From an uncultured Aureispira sp. (GTDB lineage Bacteria; Bacteroidota; Bacteroidia; Chitinophagales; Saprospiraceae), in NCBI GenBank assembly GCA_937942475.1, contig CALDEP010000158.1, positions 1 through 40,392 on the forward strand: a DNA stretch of 40,392 bases. Direction: 5' to 3'. Below, piece after piece: positions 8,392-17,261 of this stretch. Under the pieces are notes generated by a model that made no database searches, was not told where the DNA came from, and saw nothing but the letters and a program-made list of their open reading frames with translations. Position 1 is the first letter of the stretch, and the number at the start of each line of letters is the position of its first letter. The position numbers and the translations under genes were made by a program.

Positions 8392-9915
8392 CTAAAAGGC
8401 CAAACGGCTGAGATTTGTTGTCAACCAATCTCTATTGGCAACCGAACTACAAACTTCGATTTCTTGTTCTAATTTTTCAACAGCTTCTTGTATGATGTGC
8501 CGTTTGGTGTAGCCAATTTCTTCTTTGATTTTGAATAGTTTTTTGCTGAATTTCATTAGGTTAGCCGTAGATTTTTTTTGATAATCGGCAACCTGCTTGC
8601 TTCTTCTCAGATAGCTTTGACAAGCATCAATCAAAGCATAAAAAGCTTCGCCTTCTTCTCTTTCGTAATAAATTTTGAGTTGTATAATTTTGGTTCCCAA
8701 ATAATAGGTTGGATTAATAAAATCGACATTGTGTAAGGTTTCCAAGGCTTTGTTGTGGTCGCCTTGGCTATGTTGCAAGGAAGCTAGATTGTATTTGTAA
8801 ATATTGTTTTGGACATCTACAGGCAGTTTTGCTTTGTATTCTTCTATAAATTGTTCTGCCCAAGTATACTTTTTTAGTCGAACCGCCAAGGTGACAATAT
8901 TCTTATACTCTTGAGGCATTAGAAATCCACCAACAAAAATAGCTTCCGATTCGACCAAATAAAGATAAATTTCTAAGGTCTCCTCTAGATAAGTAGAGCC
9001 TTGCTGATTGATTTTTACAATCGCATAATTCAACGCATAACCATAGGTTCCTAAAATTTCCTCTTTTGTAAACTGACTTGCATATTTTTTGAGCAATTCA
9101 AGCAACATTCTATACTGTTTTTCAGTCGTTTCAGGTGCTTCTGTTAACATTCTGAAAATGGTATGATAGATCTGAATAATGGAATCAAATTCTTTGGATT
9201 CATCTTGCAGATGTTCCTCAATGCCCTTCATGATTGACCATTGATAATGCGCTTGAATAACCTTGTTTCGACTGGCCATATCGCAAGCCATTTTTAACTT
9301 TTCTAAGATAAAAAGATTGTCTAAAGAGTCATTCGCTAATTGTAAGTTTTCATTATAACTCCGACCACCTTGCTCTACAAATAAATAATCCAATTCTTTG
9401 TAGAACTTATATTGACTTTCATAATAACTATGATGGTTCAGATGTTCTTTGGCTAATTTTAATTTGTATTTTTTTTCTGTAGAACGATAATGTTTTTCCA
9501 GTTTATATTGGCGCAATTCTTCCAATAAGATCACCATGCGTTTGTTTTCTTTCAGTTGCAATGCGTCGTCTATTAGAAAGTTGTGGAGCAATAGGAGCAA
9601 TTGAGAGGTCAGTCGATGAAATTTTTTATTATCAAAATCCTCCTTCGGAAAAATACGCTTGTAAATACGATCCTTAGATAATTTTTCTGGCTGAGTAAAA
9701 TCAGGGGCATGTTTTAGTAGGTACAAACAAAGTTTGGTCGTTGCTTCATGTTTGTTAAAATAGGGAGAAAGCGTATACTCTTTAAATCGAGTCAGCATTC
9801 TACTATCTAATTCTTTGAGCAATTCTATGATTTTGGAATCTTGCATAAGATAAAGGGGCAATGCTTTGTGTGAAGAAAGCGTAGGGTAAATGTTGTGTTC
9901 TACGAAAATTAGCAA
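8392..9915 (-). CDS. Hypothetical all-helical protein (507 aa), possibly TPR-like; no signal peptide
   Basis: Long ORF with no recognisable catalytic motifs. The composition is K/E/L/Y-rich and helical. It stands alone between divergent or long intergenic regions. Confidence 0.5.
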   Translation of the reverse strand: MLIFVEHNIYPTLSSHKALPLYLMQDSKIIELLKELDSRMLTRFKEYTLSPYFNKHEATTKLCLYLLKHAPDFTQPEKLSKDRIYKRIFPKEDFDNKKFHRLTSQLLLLLHNFLIDDALQLKENKRMVILLEELRQYKLEKHYRSTEKKYKLKLAKEHLNHHSYYESQYKFYKELDYLFVEQGGRSYNENLQLANDSLDNLFILEKLKMACDMASRNKVIQAHYQWSIMKGIEEHLQDESKEFDSIIQIYHTIFRMLTEAPETTEKQYRMLLELLKKYASQFTKEEILGTYGYALNYAIVKINQQGSTYLEETLEIYLYLVESEAIFVGGFLMPQEYKNIVTLAVRLKKYTWAEQFIEEYKAKLPVDVQNNIYKYNLASLQHSQGDHNKALETLHNVDFINPTYYLGTKIIQLKIYYEREEGEAFYALIDACQSYLRRSKQVADYQKKSTANLMKFSKKLFKIKEEIGYTKRHIIQEAVEKLEQEIEVCSSVANRDWLTTNLSRLAF

Positions 9916-10133
9916 TTTTTGAACAGACTTTAGGAATGTTTAAAGATAGATTTTATATTTTGTTTTTTGATAATTGTCGGGTTTTTTTATGGCTTGTAGG
10001 TTTTCTCTTGCTTCATGAGTTATTTTTAGGCTATTACAACTAGGGTTTAATCGGATAATAGCGTGAAATAATTTTTTTATAAATAAAGAAGATGTTGCAT
10101 CTTTGAATTGTGAAGAAAGTTAAAAGGAAAATA

Positions 10134-10194
10134 AACCAAGGATGTGTTGCAAGTGCGGTGCAATGTGTCCTTGGTTATTTTTAGTTTGTGGGTA
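10134..10194 (+). terminator. Strand-specific hairpin plus U-run (intrinsic-terminator-like) inside a 660-bp intergenic region
   Basis: AACCAAGGAUGUGUUGCA [AGUGCGG] UGCAAUGUGUCCUUGGUU forms an 18-bp stem only as plus-strand RNA, since four G-U wobbles would be C-A mismatches on the other strand. It is followed by AUUUUUAGUUUG. Confidence 0.4.
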
Positions 10195-10576
10195 TATGAA
10201 AAATAGGGTTCAGTAACAAGTTTTGTGGTCATAAAAAAAGGAGGCACCTTTATTCATAGCCTTCAAAAGGATTCTAAATATTAAACGCTCACAAAACTTA
10301 CGATTGAGCTAAAAATATTACATTACTCCGTTGAAAAATCATATTAGTTTGATTATCAGTAGGATGAGATTTTGTTGATTAAATTAAGTACATGGATTTA
10401 ATCGTTTTTTTGCAAATTAGACAGTGTTTTTTCTAGTTTTTTTTATTTTTAATAAAAACTGTACAAATTAATAAAGCATAAAGGTTACTTTAATATTTTC
10501 AAAACCATAAAACAAAAAACAGTACTGTTTTTTGGATATTGTAAAGCTTGAAAGAGCTAAAATCAAAATCAAAAGA

Positions 10577-12439
10577 ATGAAGCACATATACCTTATATTT
10601 TTATTACTCAATATCATTTCAATAAGCCAACTTAGAGCACAATGTGCCGTAGACATTATTCCGCCTGTAGCCATTTGCCAAACTTCTCTAACCGTTTATT
10701 TAGATACATTTGGAATGGTAGAAGTTCAAGCAACAGAGATTGATAATGGTAGTTATGATAATTGTGGCATAGAAGCCTATACCATTAATGGAACAGCCTC
10801 TATTAATTTAAATTGCTTGAATATAGGTATTCCTGTAGCGGCGGAATTAGTCGTGACAGATACAACTGGAAATTCTGATACCTGTAATATGTTTATTACA
10901 GTAGTAGACAATATACCACCAAACCCAATTTGTGCAGCAGCAGGAACTATTTCCGTCTCTTTAGATGCTTTGGGAACGGCAACGTTTCCAGTGGCTCAAG
11001 TACTAATCGGTAGTTCAGATAATTGCTCTATTGCTGCTACGTTTATTAATAACGAAGTAGCACCCATATTATTGACCTGTGAGGATGTTGGAGTATATCC
11101 TTATGTTGTTAAGATGAAAGATCCTAGTAATAATACGGCCTGGTGTCAATCTCAAATTGAAGTGACTTGGGGAGCCGCTTGTGGTTTTGCAGGGCAATTG
11201 GATTCATTAGGAAGGACGGCATGTGATACTGGCATCTGTACGGGTTATGCCGCATTGTCTAGTAATGGCGCTACTGGGGCGGTAAGTTATCTTTGGGAAG
11301 ATGGTTCTACAGCAATTGTACGTAATAATCTATGTGCAGGTAAGTATATTGTTGTCGCAACAGATGCCGTCGGAACGACGGATACTTTAGTCTTTAGAGT
11401 TCGTTTTGAGGAGGATTGTGTTTGGCCTGGCGATACAGATAATGATACAAAAGTTAATAATTTTGATTTATTACCAATTGCCTTAGCTTACGGAACCTCA
11501 GGGGCTGCACGAGTATCGGCTAGTAATAGTTGGGCTGGTCAAAGTAGTAACAACTGGAATATTCCATTAGCCTTGACAGCTTTACCCAATTATAAACACA
11601 TAGACTGTAATGGAGATGCCTTGATTGATTCTTCTGATGTGCAGGCTATTTTGTTAAATTATGCGGAAGACTACTGGAGAAGTTCAGGAACGACGACAAC
11701 TAATTCAAGCAGTCATAGCCAAGATCCACCTCTTTATGTCGATTGTGATACCGTTAGAGAAGGTGACTTGCATTGTATGGGCGTTAATTTAGGAGATGCA
11801 GGAGCGGAAGCAGTGGATGCTTATGCAATTGCGTTTACAATTAATTACGATCCCTTATTGGTGAATTCTGCTAGCATTGTTTATGGTACTTCTTGGTTGG
11901 GGACTGCTCAAGAGTTGATCTCTGTCGAAAAAGATTATTCAGCACAAGGAAGGATCGAAACAGCAGTCGGACGAACCGATCAACAGCCTATAACGGGAAA
12001 TGGAAGAATTGGAACCGTTTGTTTTACCATTCGAGATGATATATTGAGAGCAACACAACCCGACACCGTAGTGATGCCTATTGGAATTAGTGGGGTGCGT
12101 TTTGTAGATGAAAAAGGCAATGAAATGCCAACAGATATAAGAGATGGTTGCTTGACAATCATAGAGGTATTGGATGCGGTTAAGGTAATTGATAATAATA
12201 ATAACATTGATTTGTATCCAAATCCAACAACGGGTTGGGTCAAAATTCGTGGCTTAGAGGCTGGGTTACAAAAAATAACAGTCCGTACAATTACAGGGCA
12301 GGTATTATTGTCAAAAATAGTTCAAGGAGAGAGTAATCTTGAATTGAACTTAAGTAAGCTGCCAGAGGCTGTATACCTTGTGTCTATCGAAACTTCAGAT
12401 AAAATAATTAATAAGAAATTATTAATTGTGAGGGGATAA
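10577..12439 (+). CDS. T9SS-secreted surface protein with HYR-like repeats, dockerin-like and cohesin-like modules, and a T9SS C-terminal sorting domain
   Basis: The likely true start is Met16 of the 10532 ORF (MKHIYLIFLLLNIISISQLRAQ signal peptide). There are two HYR-type repeats (DIIPPVAICQ..., DNIPPNPICAA...). Dockerin-like segments are DTDNDTKVNNFDLL and DCNGDALIDSSDV. A cohesin-like block is DAYAIAFTINYDP.... The C-terminus (LYPNPTTGWVKIRGLEAG...VYLVSIETSDKIINKKLLIV) is a classic T9SS CTD. Confidence 0.75.
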   Translation: MKHIYLIFLLLNIISISQLRAQCAVDIIPPVAICQTSLTVYLDTFGMVEVQATEIDNGSYDNCGIEAYTINGTASINLNCLNIGIPVAAELVVTDTTGNSDTCNMFITVVDNIPPNPICAAAGTISVSLDALGTATFPVAQVLIGSSDNCSIAATFINNEVAPILLTCEDVGVYPYVVKMKDPSNNTAWCQSQIEVTWGAACGFAGQLDSLGRTACDTGICTGYAALSSNGATGAVSYLWEDGSTAIVRNNLCAGKYIVVATDAVGTTDTLVFRVRFEEDCVWPGDTDNDTKVNNFDLLPIALAYGTSGAARVSASNSWAGQSSNNWNIPLALTALPNYKHIDCNGDALIDSSDVQAILLNYAEDYWRSSGTTTTNSSSHSQDPPLYVDCDTVREGDLHCMGVNLGDAGAEAVDAYAIAFTINYDPLLVNSASIVYGTSWLGTAQELISVEKDYSAQGRIETAVGRTDQQPITGNGRIGTVCFTIRDDILRATQPDTVVMPIGISGVRFVDEKGNEMPTDIRDGCLTIIEVLDAVKVIDNNNNIDLYPNPTTGWVKIRGLEAGLQKITVRTITGQVLLSKIVQGESNLELNLSKLPEAVYLVSIETSDKIINKKLLIVRG

Positions 12440-12711
12440 TTTGTTTTTTTTCTTTCATAAAGAATTTTTTTTTTGTACATTTCATGAGAATTAGCGCCAA
12501 GGGAAAAGCTTTTGGCGATGAGAGTAGATATGTGAGTTGTTTTTAATGATTATAAAACTGCTTATGAGTGCTTTTGCTTGTTTTGATGCCCATCGAAACG
12601 AGTGAATTTATGCCACGAAAATTGTCGTACATTCATTGAGATTTGTTCTATGTTTGTTGATCCTGATTTCACCGTCTATTCCTGTTAATTTGAACTATAG
12701 TATTTAGGAAT

Positions 12712-12751
12712 GATGCTCCAACTTTAGCCCAGTTGGAGCATTTCTTTTTTT
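12712..12751 (+). terminator. Strong rho-independent terminator (11-bp perfect stem ATGCTCCAACT/AGTTGGAGCAT, 7-nt loop, then TTCTTTTTTT)
   Basis: Read directly from the sequence. It lies 273 nt downstream of the 12439 stop and 45 nt upstream of the 12796 start. Confidence 0.55.
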
Positions 12752-12795
12752 AGAGGTTTTCATAAGCCTTCTTAGAACCCATAAACCCAATACTC

Positions 12796-14769
12796 ATGCG
12801 TTTGCCTTTAATCTTATTTCTTACCTGTATTATAAGCTGTCTTTATGGACAAGGTCCAACTGGCTTTACTTGTACAGCAGAACAAGCTGTTTTTGAAGTA
12901 GATTATCCAATCAAAATAACCTATACCTTATCGTTTGAAGATGAAATGCCTTCTAAAGAAGAAAAGGACCTTTTAGACGATTTGCAGATTCCAGAAGAAA
13001 TTCTTACAAGAAAAATTGGCGAGGAAAGTTCGGAATCATTCAGTTATAAAGATGGAAAGAGTAAAGGAACCGTCATACGGACTTTTTTCATTAAGATTCA
13101 AGATTTAGGCAGTTTTACCATCCCTGCTGTTAGGATAGATTATAAGGACAAAAAACTAAGTACAGAAGCTCTAGCGCTTAATATTGTCGCTAAAAATTCT
13201 AGGTTATCAGATTTGACAAAAGCGGAATTAAACGCAAAGGTCTTTGTTCGGGCAGAATTTGAGAATGGAAAAGAAACTTGTGTGCTCGGAGAACGTATTA
13301 TTATTAATACAGTGATTTATACACAGATAGCAATAGAAGGGACTGTTATTAATGAGTACTTGGGAGGAACTAATCCGTCGGTTTTGTTGGATTATCTTCA
13401 TCAAAGAACAAAGCCCGAAGAAGTAGAATTGGACGGAAAACCTTATTATAAACAAATCCTTCGAAGTTATGCTTATTATCCATTAATCGTAGAAGAAACA
13501 GTGCTTTCTCCAATGGAAATTGTGATTAAAAGAGTTGCCAATACAGCTAAAAGTGCCTTGGATACAACAAATATACTAACAGATACCTTGTATAGCAATT
13601 CATTGTTATTAAAGTCGGCATCCATTGCTGAAAAAGGGGTAAATTATTTGGCAAAGGATGCAACAGGTGTAAATTGGAGTTTGAATGATTCTTTGATTGA
13701 TAAAGGAACCCTTTTCTTAGACGTAGATTTGATAGGAACAGGGGCACCTTTTCTTTATCACCCACCTCCTTTAAACTTAGGAGATCGTGCAAGTGTTGAA
13801 ATTCTATATTTGGGTCAAGCGTACTTAGATATTAGAAAGGTTAAAAGAAGCTTTAGGTATGTGATTCATTGTCATGAAGCAGGAGATTTTAATATTCAAC
13901 TGAATTGGGTCACTTGGAATACCAAAATGAATAAAAAAGAGGTCTTATCAAAATCAATAGAAACGATAAGGATAGATAAAGTGCAAGCTCGAAGAAATAA
14001 ATTAGTGAATATTAATCCAATAGAACAGGTCAAAAAATCAAAGAGAGATGTTGTACTTGTTATAGATTGTTCTGCTTCTATGTTGGCTAAAGATTTTGAT
14101 TCAACGCGAATTCAGGCAGTTAAAGGATTGCTTCGAAATTTAATTCACCAGAAATTGAACGATGAACGCTTTAGTATAGTTCTAGTAGCAGGGGAAAGTT
14201 TTATTCTATGTCCATTAACTTTTAGTTCGTCGAAATTGTTAAATAGTGTAAATCAAATTAAGACAGAATATTTAATGGAGGGGACGGACCTTACTGCTGG
14301 ACTGATGCAAGGGATATTAAGCCTTTCAGAAAGTAAGATAAACCCAAAAGATATTGTTATTTTTACCGATGGTGCCTCTAATTTAAGTTATCTTGATCGT
14401 AAGCTGGTTTTGATGGCTGCACAAGAACAGAAAATTAGATTAAATACGGTTGGAATAGGGATTGATGGCGAGTTTTTAACGCCAGTATATCAAAAGCCAG
14501 ATGGAAGTTTTCGTTATGGAAAACAATTGTTAGAATTAGAAGACGAAGATCTAAAGAAAATAGCTGATCATGGAGGTGGAATTTACACCCGAATTAACAG
14601 ATCAGAACAATTTAAATTAGGTTTAAATTCATTTTTAGGTAAAAGAGACTTATTATTAATAGACAAGGAAGAACTTATAGCACTTAAATTGGTTAAACTA
14701 TTGTTACAAGATGCTAGTTATAGGCATCAGAAGATAAAAAAAGACTACGTAAATATAAAAGATAAATAG
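12796..14769 (+). CDS. Secreted von Willebrand factor type A (VWA) domain protein (BatD/BatB-like architecture)
   Basis: Signal peptide MRLPLILFLTCIISCLYGQ. It has a VWA MIDAS motif DVVLVIDCSASM with downstream VWA elements (GTDLTAGL, VIFTDGASN). Confidence 0.6.
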   Translation: MRLPLILFLTCIISCLYGQGPTGFTCTAEQAVFEVDYPIKITYTLSFEDEMPSKEEKDLLDDLQIPEEILTRKIGEESSESFSYKDGKSKGTVIRTFFIKIQDLGSFTIPAVRIDYKDKKLSTEALALNIVAKNSRLSDLTKAELNAKVFVRAEFENGKETCVLGERIIINTVIYTQIAIEGTVINEYLGGTNPSVLLDYLHQRTKPEEVELDGKPYYKQILRSYAYYPLIVEETVLSPMEIVIKRVANTAKSALDTTNILTDTLYSNSLLLKSASIAEKGVNYLAKDATGVNWSLNDSLIDKGTLFLDVDLIGTGAPFLYHPPPLNLGDRASVEILYLGQAYLDIRKVKRSFRYVIHCHEAGDFNIQLNWVTWNTKMNKKEVLSKSIETIRIDKVQARRNKLVNINPIEQVKKSKRDVVLVIDCSASMLAKDFDSTRIQAVKGLLRNLIHQKLNDERFSIVLVAGESFILCPLTFSSSKLLNSVNQIKTEYLMEGTDLTAGLMQGILSLSESKINPKDIVIFTDGASNLSYLDRKLVLMAAQEQKIRLNTVGIGIDGEFLTPVYQKPDGSFRYGKQLLELEDEDLKKIADHGGGIYTRINRSEQFKLGLNSFLGKRDLLLIDKEELIALKLVKLLLQDASYRHQKIKKDYVNIKDK

Positions 14770-14786
14770 AAGAGAACGTTTTAGAT

Positions 14787-15953
14787 ATGGAGAATTGGGA
14801 GTATGTAGAGACCAAAGAAGTTTTGGCAGATTGTGTTGAGGTATTAAAAAAACAAACAGCGCTTGCGATTGATTTAGAGTTTGATAAAAATCGTTATAGA
14901 TATGGTTTTAATCTTTGTTTAATTCAAGTGTATGCTGGAACGCGTTGTTTTATTATAGATCCTTTGGCAGAAGGAATTGATTTGACCGACTTTTATACCG
15001 TGATGGAAGATCCTAGTATAGAGAAAGTGGTCTACTCTTTTGGGGAGGATTTGAGGTTGTTCCATTCTTTGGGCTGTTTCCCTCAAAACACCTTTGATAT
15101 AGCCGTTGCAATGCGTTTGTTGGATTATCCTCCTGCGTCTTTGGCATCTGCTGTTTATGATATATTGGATATAGAAATCAGTAAATCTGCCCAAAAAAGC
15201 AACTGGTTTTTAAGACCACTTTCCGAAAAACAAATGAGTTATGCCGCTAAAGATGTGCTTTATTTAATCGAAATGCAAGGCATTTTGATTAAAATGGCAG
15301 AGGAAAAAGGCGTTTTGGAATGGATAGAAGAAGAAAATAAAATCATAGATGGACTTTCTTATGCAGATGTTGATAATAACAACTACTTAAAGGAAAAAGA
15401 TAAGCATGGTTTGTCTGAACATGAGTATTATCTTTTCAAAGGTTTGTTGGATTATAGAGAAACGATTGCCGAAAAACACAATCGCCCTAGTTATCAAATT
15501 ATTGATAAGGAATACTTGCGAGAATTGTCCGAACGTCCAAATCAAATTTATCGTTTTGAAAAAATTAGGGGCGTTTACAAAACACTCAAAAACGAAACGT
15601 TCAAAAATCAACTTTGGGAAAAATTCCAAAGCTTAGCAAAAGAAGCAGAAAAAGCGGGGCTTTCTAAAACAGAGAACGCCTTAAAAAGAATGAGCAGCGA
15701 GCTGTACCAAATTAAGAAAATCGAACGAGGTGTTCGTGACGAAGCTAAGAAAAAGATTTTTAAACCAATTCAGAAGCTAATTGCAGCAAATCATGGTGAA
15801 AATGTCGTGACTTACATCATGGGAAATCGTCTAATGGATGAATTGGCTTTAGGAAACACAACCAACCTAAGAAACTATAAACGAGTTTTAATAGAGCGTT
15901 ATGCAGCAGAATTAGAGCTAGATGTTTCGCCTTATTTGGAAATTAAGGAATAA
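14787..15953 (+). CDS. rnd: Ribonuclease D (3'-5' exonuclease domain plus HRDC domain)
   Basis: Exo motif I AIDLEF, exo motif III YAAKDVLYL, and a C-terminal HRDC-like block (YLFKGLLDYRETIAEKHNRPSYQII). Collinear with E. coli RNase D. Confidence 0.85.
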   Translation: MENWEYVETKEVLADCVEVLKKQTALAIDLEFDKNRYRYGFNLCLIQVYAGTRCFIIDPLAEGIDLTDFYTVMEDPSIEKVVYSFGEDLRLFHSLGCFPQNTFDIAVAMRLLDYPPASLASAVYDILDIEISKSAQKSNWFLRPLSEKQMSYAAKDVLYLIEMQGILIKMAEEKGVLEWIEEENKIIDGLSYADVDNNNYLKEKDKHGLSEHEYYLFKGLLDYRETIAEKHNRPSYQIIDKEYLRELSERPNQIYRFEKIRGVYKTLKNETFKNQLWEKFQSLAKEAEKAGLSKTENALKRMSSELYQIKKIERGVRDEAKKKIFKPIQKLIAANHGENVVTYIMGNRLMDELALGNTTNLRNYKRVLIERYAAELELDVSPYLEIKE

Positions 15954-16104
15954 GAAATTGCAACGTTATTAGCATTGCTAACGTCTTGGGTTTAGAAAAG
16001 CCTGTTGAAGTTTTAGAAAAAGGCATCTGTTCTTTTTATGAAATTTTAGCAGGCTTTGTGCTTTTCTGTATATAAATTATTTCTCAAGTTACTATTCCAT
16101 AAAT

Positions 16105-17259
16105 ATGCGTTATATCCTTGTTTTAGTTTATTTTTTAGTTGTAATAATGGCTTGTGATAAGCCAATATCAGAAAACCCTGTTGTGCCTTTTGAGGAAACG
16201 TATGGAGGGGCTTTGGTAGACTATGCGGCTGAAGCAGTTGCCTTGAATGGGGACATTTATATGGTAGGAACCTCTAAGAGCTTGCAAGCGTCTTCGGGGG
16301 GACTTGCGCTGACTAAAATAGATGCTTCTGGAAATCTGCTTTTTGAAAAATCTTATGGAGGAACAGTCTTAGATGCTGGAACCAATATCTGCAAGACTTC
16401 GGATGATAATTTGTTGTTGTTAGGAATTACTAGTCTTCCTACAGGATCGGGGACACAGGTAGATGTTTTCCTTCTGAAAGTGACTGCCAATGGAGATACT
16501 TTATGGACAAAAACGTATGGATCTCCCAGTCAATTTGATGTTGCAGAAGGACTTTTAGAAACGAGTAATGGCGAAATTTTAATTTTAGGATCGGCTTACA
16601 ATGGCTCTACCAATGATCTTAAATTGTTGCGTTTAGATGCCCAAGGCAATTTGCTTTGGGAAAGGATTTATAACAGTCCTTATAATGACGAAGGAATCAA
16701 CATAGAAAGTGCCAAAAACGATCAATATATTTTATTGGGAAGGCGTCAAGATGGAGACGATGATTTTTATGCTATGAAGATTGATGATCAAGGAAATACC
16801 CTTTGGGAAAATACCTATGGAACGCCTCAATATGAGCAGGCACATAGTATTTCTAGAACGTCTGATGGCAATTTTCTTTTATGTGGGCATTCTTCGGGAC
16901 TAGATCCTTTACATAATTTATATCTGACAAAAATAACAACGGATGGGCTTGTTTTGTTTGAGAAACACTATGGAGGTACAAAGCATGATGGTGGAACGAG
17001 TGCGATTGAATTGAGTAATGGCAATTTATTAGTGGTAGGCGAGACGGATAGTTATGGGAATGGAAGTAAGCGCGCTTTCTTTCTTGAAACAGATGAGACA
17101 GGGACCTTGATCGAAGAATTGAGTTTTGGAGGCGATTTGTCAGATAAATTTTCTGCTATAGTAGAAATGGATGCCGCTTATTATTTAATTGGAGAGAGTG
17201 CTTCTTTTTCGACTGCTGGAACGGCTGATATGTATGTAGTGAAACGGAAGAACCAATAA
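16105..17259 (+). CDS. Lipoprotein with six-bladed beta-propeller repeats (SBBP-type)
   Basis: Lipobox VVIMAC. Six ~55-aa repeats each contain YGG/YGS...DGN.LL.G...LLK.D..GN.LW. Confidence 0.65.
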   Translation: MRYILVLVYFLVVIMACDKPISENPVVPFEETYGGALVDYAAEAVALNGDIYMVGTSKSLQASSGGLALTKIDASGNLLFEKSYGGTVLDAGTNICKTSDDNLLLLGITSLPTGSGTQVDVFLLKVTANGDTLWTKTYGSPSQFDVAEGLLETSNGEILILGSAYNGSTNDLKLLRLDAQGNLLWERIYNSPYNDEGINIESAKNDQYILLGRRQDGDDDFYAMKIDDQGNTLWENTYGTPQYEQAHSISRTSDGNFLLCGHSSGLDPLHNLYLTKITTDGLVLFEKHYGGTKHDGGTSAIELSNGNLLVVGETDSYGNGSKRAFFLETDETGTLIEELSFGGDLSDKFSAIVEMDAAYYLIGESASFSTAGTADMYVVKRKNQ

Positions 17260-17261
17260 AA

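Noticed and set aside
10468-10674. Minus-strand 68-aa ORF overlapping the adhesin start
   Set aside because: It overlaps the promoter and signal-peptide region of a well-supported gene and has a low-complexity hydrophobic translation. Likely spurious.
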